A model generated the notes under the pieces. It searched no databases, was not told where the DNA came from, and saw only the letters and a program-made list of their open reading frames with translations. From positions 1 through 24,261 of the IMG/VR virus record IMGVR_UViG_3300044676_000826: DNA of 24,261 nucleotides; one strand, written 5' to 3'. The position numbers and the translations under genes were made by a program. This stretch comes from a virus. Its lineage: Duplodnaviria; Caudoviricetes. This document shows positions 15,370 through 23,181 of this stretch, piece by piece; positions within the stretch are counted from its first letter, which is position 1; every line of letters starts with the position of its first letter.

Positions 15370-15781
15370 CGCTTACCCCCCAGAAAATCATATCGCTAGA
15401 GGGCTGGCGCAAAACTAATCTGTCTGCGCCGACAAAGGCTATCAGCCTACCAACGCAAACGCCAAACTTAATCGGCAAAACCGCATTTGATAAATCATCT
15501 TGTTTGGCAACAATAGAGCCAATGGGTGGAATGTTGGTTTTCAATCTCTCAAGCCTATCATCTACCGCATCTATCAAACTACCATATTCCGTTAATTTGA
15601 TCCAACGCTGATAGGTTAAAAGCGCACCCTTCAATGTAGTATATTTGCCAAGAAACTCGTCTGCAAACCCGCAACCTCTTTGCGCCGCGCAAGCTTTGTT
15701 TGCGAATGTGATACAGTCATGATCGCCCCAAGCAAAAGGCTTCTGTCTTGATTGCTCTAAATATCTATCAAAGGCGCTCAT
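15359..15781 (-). CDS. NlpC/P60-like tail assembly protein
   Basis: FAWGDHDCITFA catalytic-Cys-like motif; occupies the position of lambda gpK. Confidence 0.75.
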   Translation of the reverse strand: MSAFDRYLEQSRQKPFAWGDHDCITFANKACAAQRGCGFADEFLGKYTTLKGALLTYQRWIKLTEYGSLIDAVDDRLERLKTNIPPIGSIVAKQDDLSNAVLPIKFGVCVGRLIAFVGADRLVLRQPSSDMIFWGVSDEH

Positions 15782-16443
15782 CTTTCACCGCCCCATTTAA
15801 GCTTTTGCGTTTGCAGGTCATTTAAGTAATCAAAAGCTTTGTCGTTTGGATAAAGGATCTTTTGGAACTCAGATGTGTACCTTTTGACCTTTCGGGTCTG
15901 CAAATCAATCAACTTGTTTTCAACAGACAGCGATATGACCGAACTATCAGGACTCTCTGCAATATCCATCCGATCCATATAGCCAGTGAATAAATCAACC
16001 AGCAGGCTGACAGTGCCAGCAGAGTTATCAACATCTGAAGTATCTTCGTAAAGAATAGCATCGCCATCTTCGTTCAGTGTTTTATTTCTGTTTGCGTCTA
16101 AAATGCCAAACTTAACGCGACACTCGCGCCCGTGATATGGCTCCTGAAGCGCCAAGGAGATTGTTTCTGATGGAACCCCCGACAGCGTAATAGTGGCGCC
16201 AGCGGCCCTTAAATCGGCTGTCTCAGTAACCTCAGAGATTTGCAGCATGTTGCCTGTGCCAATATAGGTTATTCCTTCATGCGTAAGATCACCAAGGCCA
16301 GTCCAAAGATACAACGGGCCATGTTGCACAATGCTCCCGTTGAATGTTGTTTTGCGCTCATCAAACATAAGCTGCATGGCAAAGAACGGGAATATTTCGT
16401 CAAGCTCAAGGACATCCGCTACAGTTCCTAAAACTCTGGTCAT
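15778..16443 (-). CDS. Minor tail (hub, gpL-like position) protein
   Basis: LWTGLGDL...YIGTG..LQISEV..ITLSGV; between the distal tail and NlpC genes. Confidence 0.72.
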   Translation of the reverse strand: MTRVLGTVADVLELDEIFPFFAMQLMFDERKTTFNGSIVQHGPLYLWTGLGDLTHEGITYIGTGNMLQISEVTETADLRAAGATITLSGVPSETISLALQEPYHGRECRVKFGILDANRNKTLNEDGDAILYEDTSDVDNSAGTVSLLVDLFTGYMDRMDIAESPDSSVISLSVENKLIDLQTRKVKRYTSEFQKILYPNDKAFDYLNDLQTQKLKWGGER

Positions 16444-17063
16444 GGCACGACCTCAATAGCAGCAAATGTAATCCCGTAAATTGAGGCGCTGTTAATAGTC
16501 CAATCTTGCTGACCACTATTCAATCTAAATCTGCCAACGCAATTTGATGTGGTTACAGTCGCACCATCTGAAGGTGCAGTTCTGATATACGGCCACAGAT
16601 CAATCGTGGCTTGCCCGCTGGCATTGGTATCAACATCTGTAAGAACCTTATGCAAGGTAGCAGATGCGCCACCCCCCAACTGAATGTAATCCCCAGCCTT
16701 CAGCCAACCAGTAACGCTATTGCTACAACCATCAATGGATAATGAGCCGCCAACCTGACTGGCCCCGTTTACAACAGGAGTGCCACCTAAAGCGCCTCTT
16801 GGTGTGGTATTTAGCGGATCAAAAAGCAAAAATGACCCAGCCATGCCATTTAAACTAAGCAGCCAAGCTATCCATTGCTCTGCATCTGCTCTATTCTGAG
16901 GCGGCAGTTGAATTTCGGCCTCCCATCTTTGGCCGCTATGATTATGGATCTGCTGCTTAAAGCTAAATGGTGACATCGTTAAAGCAGTTTGATTAACCGC
17001 TCTTAGCGTAATGCTCATTAAACCCGTGTGGGTAGGCAGCGATCTAGGATATGTAATAGCCAT
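16440..17063 (-). CDS. Distal tail protein (Dit-like)
   Basis: SPFS..QQ...GQRWEA..LPP pattern; immediately downstream of the tape measure gene. Confidence 0.72.
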   Translation of the reverse strand: MAITYPRSLPTHTGLMSITLRAVNQTALTMSPFSFKQQIHNHSGQRWEAEIQLPPQNRADAEQWIAWLLSLNGMAGSFLLFDPLNTTPRGALGGTPVVNGASQVGGSLSIDGCSNSVTGWLKAGDYIQLGGGASATLHKVLTDVDTNASGQATIDLWPYIRTAPSDGATVTTSNCVGRFRLNSGQQDWTINSASIYGITFAAIEVVP

Positions 17064-18545
17064 TTAAAATGCTCCTGCAAATGCGCCGCCACGCCGTTTA
17101 GCGTCTAATACAGCAGCTTTAGATGCCTCTGCTATCTGGGGCATCAAGCCTAGCACTTCAGCACGTACAGTTTGCTGTACGCCTGTGGTGACGTTGATGG
17201 TTTGCTGAACAACCACACCGCCACCCATTTGATTATTAGGCACAACGTGAGAATTACGGCTCGGAATGATAAGCTCTGGGCCACGCTCGCCAACCATATA
17301 CGCTCGCCCGCCAGAAACGGGACCACCCATTGCTCTGGGTGCAACTGGTGGTGCAACTGCTCCACCTGTGCCAGCCGCAGAAGCAGGGGCAAATGCTCCA
17401 GTAATTGCACTGGTGATAAATCCAGTTATTTGCTTAACCACAAATATTCTATAAAGTTCTTTTATAATATCACGCGCCATAGCACGAAAGGCATCTTTAG
17501 CAGTCATTGTTCCATCAACCATAGACATAAATGCATTTTCCATGCTGCTCTCTATAGTATCAGTGACACTTTTTAACCTTGATTTCATCTGATCCAATGC
17601 ACTCATAGCATTTTGCGTTGCTGATGTTATTTTTGATAATTCATCTTCAGCATTCCCGCCTATGTCTAGCGTGGCTGGCGTTCTTAATGCAGCATTAAGT
17701 GCTTCATAACTTGATGTAATTAAAGCTGCTGTAGCACTTCCAGCATCGCTAACAGCATCAAAGAACTCAGGGAATTTCTCCTTTAATTCATCCATTGCCT
17801 TAGTAATTAAACCAAGTTGGTCTGCCGCAACTCCAGCAGCAATTGCAATTAACATAATAGGATTTCGCCTTGTGACAGCATTTAATGCACTCATCAAAAT
17901 CTGCGTAGCGGAGACAGCTTTTGCAAGGCTCACAAAACTTCTAGCAGCTTTAAAGGCTATGTTTCCTAATTGTATTGCAACGAATATTCCCGCCGCTGTG
18001 GTTAATGCAGCTAAATTATCAGAAACAAAATCAATAACCCCGCCAAGCATATTGAAAGCACCACTAAGAACACCGCCGACAAAGCTTACTAAAGGCTGAA
18101 ATTGCATTAACAAAACGCCAAGTGTATTTGTGAAGTTATCTAATGCTGGAGTTATATCAGAAAAAACTCCACGAAACCTATCTAGCCCACCACTTGCCAT
18201 CAAGACCGCAGCACCAACGCCGGTCAAAGCACCTGCAATCATACCCAGAGGCCCAAATATGCTAAGTATTTGACCACCCTGCATGGAGAATATGCGAAGC
18301 GCATCAGTGCCCATGCTGGCTTGAACAGCAACGTCTTGCACTTGCAAACCAAGACTACCCATATTTCTAGTCATACGCTGCATACCACCAGCGCTAGATC
18401 TCATAGCTCTATTTTGATTAGCCATGTGACGGGTTGTGCGCGACATGGTTTGGTCAAGCGATCCGAGTTGCGCCTGCACCTTTCTCATCTCTGGCACGGC
18501 ATTGCCGACGGCGTTCATCTCAAAAGTTAGTTTTTGTACCGCCAT
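17064..18545 (-). CDS. Tape measure protein, about 493 aa
   Basis: QVQDVAVQ...QGGQI motif; Ala/Leu-rich helical body; C-terminal RAMGGPV...VGERGPEL. Start MAVQKL at 18545 after GGAG. Confidence 0.88.
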   Translation of the reverse strand: MAVQKLTFEMNAVGNAVPEMRKVQAQLGSLDQTMSRTTRHMANQNRAMRSSAGGMQRMTRNMGSLGLQVQDVAVQASMGTDALRIFSMQGGQILSIFGPLGMIAGALTGVGAAVLMASGGLDRFRGVFSDITPALDNFTNTLGVLLMQFQPLVSFVGGVLSGAFNMLGGVIDFVSDNLAALTTAAGIFVAIQLGNIAFKAARSFVSLAKAVSATQILMSALNAVTRRNPIMLIAIAAGVAADQLGLITKAMDELKEKFPEFFDAVSDAGSATAALITSSYEALNAALRTPATLDIGGNAEDELSKITSATQNAMSALDQMKSRLKSVTDTIESSMENAFMSMVDGTMTAKDAFRAMARDIIKELYRIFVVKQITGFITSAITGAFAPASAAGTGGAVAPPVAPRAMGGPVSGGRAYMVGERGPELIIPSRNSHVVPNNQMGGGVVVQQTINVTTGVQQTVRAEVLGLMPQIAEASKAAVLDAKRRGGAFAGAF

Positions 18546-18687
18546 CGTCTTTTTGCTCCGCTTTGATCCTGAAGAAAGCGATCCATTCATTATATTCTGA
18601 AAGACTGATTTGCTCTATTTCACTAATGGTCTTGCCAAGCAGTTCAGCCAATGCAATCAGATTATATCTAAAAGGATCGCCTCTTAG
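18520..18687 (-). CDS. Tail assembly chaperone GT extension (-1 frame; not in ORF track)
   Basis: After the slippery A AAA AAC (18693-18687), the -1 frame reads LRGDPFRYNLIALAELLGKTISEIEQISLSEYNEWIAFFRIKAEQKDDGGTKTNF*. Confidence 0.85.
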   Translation of the reverse strand, partial: LRGDPFRYNLIALAELLGKTISEIEQISLSEYNEWIAFFRIKAEQKDDGGTKTNF

Positions 18688-19028
18688 TTTTTTTCGTGTT
18701 CCTCTATAGTCACGCTTTCCAGAACTGCACCGAAAACCTTAGCAATGAGATTTATAGGCTCACCCATCAAGATAGGCTTGTCCTCTAACGTAAAAGCCTT
18801 TTCACCAGCATCACTCTCACATTTGCGAATGATCAGGTCGATCATAGCAGACATTGTTGGATTGTTGATGAAGTCTTTGTGCTTTCTCTGGATTTGCTCC
18901 ATATCACGCGCTGAGACTGTCGTGAAATAAAGGCGAAGAGGTTCATCCCCCTCGCCCCATGCTTCCACATCTAAAAAGCCTCTCTCTTGTTCTGCGCGTT
19001 TGGCCGCAATGCGTTTCGCTAATGACAT
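18684..19028 (-). CDS. Tail assembly chaperone (gpG-like)
   Basis: Between the tail tube and tape measure genes; ends EKN* on a slippery heptamer. Confidence 0.85.
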   Translation of the reverse strand: MSLAKRIAAKRAEQERGFLDVEAWGEGDEPLRLYFTTVSARDMEQIQRKHKDFINNPTMSAMIDLIIRKCESDAGEKAFTLEDKPILMGEPINLIAKVFGAVLESVTIEEHEKN

Positions 19029-19031
19029 CTT

Positions 19032-19421
19032 TTACACCGTTGTAGCTGTTAATGCCCCGCTACCTTGCACAGTTATTGATGCTTCCACAAGACCGTCAAA
19101 TGATGAAGAGCGTGTAATGCCTGTCACGATAGCCGAACCACTGTAATATGTATCGCCAGAAGCATCGCCCTCTGGATAAACATTCAGCGTTACTGAAGCT
19201 CCAATAGTCAAAGCGCCCTGACCGGCGGTATCCGTTTCATCCCAGAAAACATCAACAGATCCGGTGAATGTTGTCAGAGATGATTTATATGTGCGAGCAG
19301 TGTCGCCCATAGTTGTATCTTCTAAGGTATCCGCTGTTTCTTCTAAGCTGAAAGAACGAATTTCTGCAATTGCGTCAGAACCAACCTTCACAGTTCCTTC
19401 GCTACCCGCGTGAGTTGCCAT
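19032..19421 (-). CDS. Major tail tube protein
   Basis: Thr/Ser/Gly-rich 129-aa beta protein (EIRSFSLE..EDTTMGD...ITVQGSGAL); AAGGAG SD. Confidence 0.85.
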   Translation of the reverse strand: MATHAGSEGTVKVGSDAIAEIRSFSLEETADTLEDTTMGDTARTYKSSLTTFTGSVDVFWDETDTAGQGALTIGASVTLNVYPEGDASGDTYYSGSAIVTGITRSSSFDGLVEASITVQGSGALTATTV

Positions 19422-19433
19422 AGTAAAGTCTCC

Positions 19434-19877
19434 TTATCTGGCGGTTTCAACGTCATTAATAGCTGTATCATACCTTACATCAAATGTCAGCTTTGCGGAA
19501 CCTACTGGTTGTTCTGCTTCACCTGAAAAGTTAATGTCTGTACCGGATAACACAGCCGACTTTGCAAGACCATTGACAGTGAAGTCATTGGCTATTGCCT
19601 CTTCGATCTGAACAGCAATAGCGTCCACATCATTATCAAAATTAGTTGTTGCTCGTACATATGCGTCCACCTCAATGGAAACAACACGCGCAGATGTCTT
19701 TACACCAATGGTTTGCAGCGCAGATGCTTCTGATCCCGCATAAACCGTGATGGCTGGCAAGTCAGCGTCAGTCAAAGAATAAACCCTAGTGCCATATACG
19801 CGGTTGCTAACAAGCGTAACGTTAGAGTTAAGCACCGAAACTATGCGCTCTCTTATTTGCTGCCTAACGTGAGCCAC
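19434..19877 (-). CDS. Tail terminator / tail completion protein
   Basis: HVRQQIRE...RVY...DLPAITVY pattern; upstream of the tail tube gene. Confidence 0.75.
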   Translation of the reverse strand: MAHVRQQIRERIVSVLNSNVTLVSNRVYGTRVYSLTDADLPAITVYAGSEASALQTIGVKTSARVVSIEVDAYVRATTNFDNDVDAIAVQIEEAIANDFTVNGLAKSAVLSGTDINFSGEAEQPVGSAKLTFDVRYDTAINDVETAR

Positions 19878-20173
19878 TATGATTTCTCCAACTGAACGAC
19901 AGTGACGCCAGTGCCATCATGTATCCACGCCCGCACATAATACGTCACCGCATTAATAACCATAGCTTGGTTATACGCTATGCTTGAGATGTCCGTTGTT
20001 CTGCATGTCAAGCGCGGCTGCTCTTCGTGAACAGCAACATAACCACCCGTATCAACAGGAATAGTTTCATTGTCGAAAATGCCGTTGATCGTGCCGCCAT
20101 CATAAGTGACCGCAGTGGCAAATTCATCAACGTCGAATATGTTTGCTAGGTCATCAGCTAGTGGCAGCGCCAT
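19877..20173 (-). CDS. Head-tail joining protein (gpFII-like)
   Basis: FDVDEFA...GIFD...DGTGVTVVQL pattern and gene position. Confidence 0.72.
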   Translation of the reverse strand: MALPLADDLANIFDVDEFATAVTYDGGTINGIFDNETIPVDTGGYVAVHEEQPRLTCRTTDISSIAYNQAMVINAVTYYVRAWIHDGTGVTVVQLEKS

Positions 20174-20321
20174 CTTCTTCAGCCTTTTCTTCTTTTACAT
20201 ATGGCTTGGCATATCCGCGATCAATTAGCTTCTGAGCGATACGGTCATCAACTGTATGGCTTGCACCAGCCTTGCCATTCTTGCCGCTCCAAGATGCGTC
20301 TTTAATCAGCGTAATCTTCAT
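20154..20321 (-). CDS. Small post-capsid protein, 55 aa (not in ORF track)
   Basis: MKITLIKDASWSGKNGKAGASHTVDDRIAQKLIDRGYAKPYVKEEKAEEDGAATS*. ATGA overlap; resembles its upstream neighbour. Confidence 0.78.
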   Translation of the reverse strand: MKITLIKDASWSGKNGKAGASHTVDDRIAQKLIDRGYAKPYVKEEKAEEDGAATS

Positions 20322-20512
20322 TTTTTGGCCCTTGTGGTCTTAGGCTTTGCAGCCCGATCAGTCGGAGCCTTCACAGGCTTAGGCTCAGGAGCATTATCAA
20401 TGCGCCCATATCCCTTTAGCGCAGTCGCTTCATCTGCGCCTAACTCAACTATGTCACCGGCTTTTCTAGCTTGACCAGCAGCGACACAGGATTTCAGGAT
20501 AATATATTTCAT
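20318..20512 (-). CDS. Small post-capsid protein, 64 aa
   Basis: MKYIILKSCVAAGQARKAGDIVELGADEATALKGYGRI...; AAGGGG SD. Start reassigned to 20512. Confidence 0.78.
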   Translation of the reverse strand: MKYIILKSCVAAGQARKAGDIVELGADEATALKGYGRIDNAPEPKPVKAPTDRAAKPKTTRAKK

Positions 20513-20527
20513 CTTTCGCCCCTTATT

Positions 20528-20553
20528 GGAAAGGAGGGCCAAGTGGCCCTCCC
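20528..20553 (-). terminator. Intrinsic terminator-like hairpin after the major capsid gene
   Basis: GGAGGGCC-ACTT-GGCCCTCC followed by TTTCC on the minus strand. The short U-tract suggests read-through. Confidence 0.7.
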
Positions 20554-20565
20554 AAGTTAGCACTC

Positions 20566-23181
20566 TTATGCACCATCATTGTTGAATGCAAAGCTTACTG
20601 CGTGACGTACAGCTACGTCTACAGTTTGCAGTGCAACAATCCGTACTGTGCCTGAGCTAGACGCAGTATATGGATCTACAACAATGTCCAAACCGCCATA
20701 CATGCCGATCAGCAAGTCAGCAAAGTTGCCGAAATACAGATCACCAGCAGTAACTTGGTTTGATACGATTGCATTGTAACCGTTCATTGATCCATCAGGA
20801 GCAACAACAAACTGGCCTGAACCACTGTCTTTTACAGTTGTTTTCAACGCACCGTACATGCTGGCAGGTAAGATATACGCCAAGTTTCCTTGCAGAGCGT
20901 TATCTTCTGCTACCGCAGTTTCCATCGCTACAACTTCAGGAAATGTTGGATTAACCCCAGCAAAGTTAGTTGGTGTGTTAATGCCAGATGTGTTTTTCAC
21001 ACCAGTAGGCTGACCAGATGATCCTGTTCCAGCCAATGCACCCAGATCAATCGCCAGAGCGATAGAAGCTGTCAGATCATTACGCACCAATGCTTCAACA
21101 TCCAAAGATGATTGCTGCATCATAAGGCGTGTAATGTCTGTATGAGCGCCAAGCACTTTCGGCGTCATGGTGACTTGACCAACAGTAGGCTCGCTTTCGC
21201 CAGATGCGCCACCCTCAGATGAAATCCAACCAGCAGATGATGCGGCTGTTTTCTTTGGGATCTTCACGTTGCCTGACAAGCCTGTCAGCATTGTTGCACC
21301 GGCTTGCATGACTGATGAAGCATTCCGCAATACGTCGATGAAATCGCCGCCACGGAAATCGTCAGCAATGATGCCAGCATCGTCAGTTGTATTCATGTCG
21401 CGCACTTTCCAGCTACGCAATACATCTGCTGGGATCATAATGCCTTGTGCTTCAACACCCATCGCGTCTGACGCAGCAGCAGCAGCTTCTAATTCAAAAG
21501 CAGCAGCTTTTTGTGCAGAGCGATCAGTTGGGTTTGCATGAGCGCGGATAGCGCGAAGCAATGAGAACTGACGGGCCTCTTTCGGGGCAAGTCCGATTTC
21601 ATTTGGCGTATCCAATGGTGCATTACCGATTACGTCCAGCAATTCACCGCGAAATTCTGCGAGTGAGCGGCCTTCTGATACGGCTTTGTCTGCCAAATCA
21701 CGCTTGTTGTGCTTTGCAGCCAAGCGATACATTTCAGCAGTATCTTTTGCGGCGGCGCGAGTAGCTTCGGCCTTAACCGCATCGATGTCGATCTTGTTTT
21801 CTTCCGACATGATAGTTTCCTCTCTAATAAGAGTTTCAGTGATAGGTTTTGCGGGTGGCTTCTCTGCTGCGCGGCCCACCCCGACTGTCCTGTCTGCGGG
21901 TATGCTCACAACTGATACTTCCATTGGAAGCCAAGACTTCACGCGGTAGCTATCCGCATCTTGACGCTCCATGTCGTTGACATGATAGCCAACGCTGATG
22001 TTGCTTCTGATACCATCCACAACATCGTCGAAAACCTCTTTGGCAAGCCCGTTTCTTCCGAAACGCACAGTCGCCCGTAATCTACGGGCCGAGCCATCAA
22101 GGCTTACGTCCTCTACCACACCAATCTGCTGGCGTGGGTCATGATCCAAGAGAAGCGGCATACGTCCTGACTTAGCAAAGCTAAGATCAATGCTGCGCTC
22201 ATCGTGATCTAATATTTCATTGCCAAAGCTGCGCTCTACTGGCTCTTCGCTGGATACAGCAATTCGCACAGTGCGCTTATCTTCGTCAACAACTTTACCG
22301 TCAAATGACATGCCGCGAGTTTCCATCTTCTCACGGTCAAGGCGCTCTTCATCATCGTAATGCTGAATGCGCTCATCATCTTCCTGAGTAGTCTGCATTT
22401 CTTCTGGCTGATCTTCACGATCAGGCTTTGCAAAAGTGACAGTATAAGCATCATCTGTCTCTTCCACGTTCAATATGTGACGCTCTTCCATCTCTGTTGA
22501 TCCTTTTAGTTCAAGACCGATAATATCATCTTTTGCCATATCTGCGCTACCCCTTTCATCGTTAGCCATTGGATGACCCTTTGGCAGAAGGTCAGTATCA
22601 TGCTTTCCGCTGCGATATTTGCCATTGCGCAGCGCATATAAGAAACTGTTTACGCGGGCATATGCCCACTGCTCAGGTGACTTCACGTTTGGTCTGACGC
22701 TCTGCGGGTTTGTCTTATAAGCGCCAACGCCACGACGAAACACTGCGCTCAATGTGCGGGTGCTGGTGCGCTTAGACGCAACATCACCAACTTTATCGTT
22801 GTGATCCTTGGCCTTCTTGGCCAAGCCCACCTTCACAGCGTCAGTCAGTTCAGGGGCGCGATCTTCCTTATCTAAACGCTCTGCAATCTGTCTGCTCCAC
22901 GAAAAACCCGCATCACCGCCCCAAAGCGCCCATGCAATACGGCCATTTGATGGATAACCCTTTTCGCCTACGCGAAACCCCTCAGCCTTCTTATCCACCT
23001 CATGGCGGCTAAAGAAGCTGTACATGCGCTTGACTGTATCGTCTGACAAATTCTTGCCATTGGATATGTCACGCGCTCTAGCAATGCCAACTTCAGTACC
23101 ACCACGCCCAAACTCACGCCGCCACTCTAGGCCGCGCTTCGCTTCTTCCACCATTCCATCAGTCGGCTTGTTCGACATCAT
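20566..23181 (-). CDS. Polyprotein: two N-terminal accessory domains + HK97-type prohead protease + scaffold + major capsid protein (871 aa)
   Basis: Protease motifs LLLDHD, ISVGY and EVSVVSIPAD. HK97-fold capsid motifs FIDVLRN..V, IPK, LMMQQS and YFGNFADL..G..GGLDIVVDPY. Confidence 0.92.
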   Translation of the reverse strand: MMSNKPTDGMVEEAKRGLEWRREFGRGGTEVGIARARDISNGKNLSDDTVKRMYSFFSRHEVDKKAEGFRVGEKGYPSNGRIAWALWGGDAGFSWSRQIAERLDKEDRAPELTDAVKVGLAKKAKDHNDKVGDVASKRTSTRTLSAVFRRGVGAYKTNPQSVRPNVKSPEQWAYARVNSFLYALRNGKYRSGKHDTDLLPKGHPMANDERGSADMAKDDIIGLELKGSTEMEERHILNVEETDDAYTVTFAKPDREDQPEEMQTTQEDDERIQHYDDEERLDREKMETRGMSFDGKVVDEDKRTVRIAVSSEEPVERSFGNEILDHDERSIDLSFAKSGRMPLLLDHDPRQQIGVVEDVSLDGSARRLRATVRFGRNGLAKEVFDDVVDGIRSNISVGYHVNDMERQDADSYRVKSWLPMEVSVVSIPADRTVGVGRAAEKPPAKPITETLIREETIMSEENKIDIDAVKAEATRAAAKDTAEMYRLAAKHNKRDLADKAVSEGRSLAEFRGELLDVIGNAPLDTPNEIGLAPKEARQFSLLRAIRAHANPTDRSAQKAAAFELEAAAAASDAMGVEAQGIMIPADVLRSWKVRDMNTTDDAGIIADDFRGGDFIDVLRNASSVMQAGATMLTGLSGNVKIPKKTAASSAGWISSEGGASGESEPTVGQVTMTPKVLGAHTDITRLMMQQSSLDVEALVRNDLTASIALAIDLGALAGTGSSGQPTGVKNTSGINTPTNFAGVNPTFPEVVAMETAVAEDNALQGNLAYILPASMYGALKTTVKDSGSGQFVVAPDGSMNGYNAIVSNQVTAGDLYFGNFADLLIGMYGGLDIVVDPYTASSSGTVRIVALQTVDVAVRHAVSFAFNNDGA

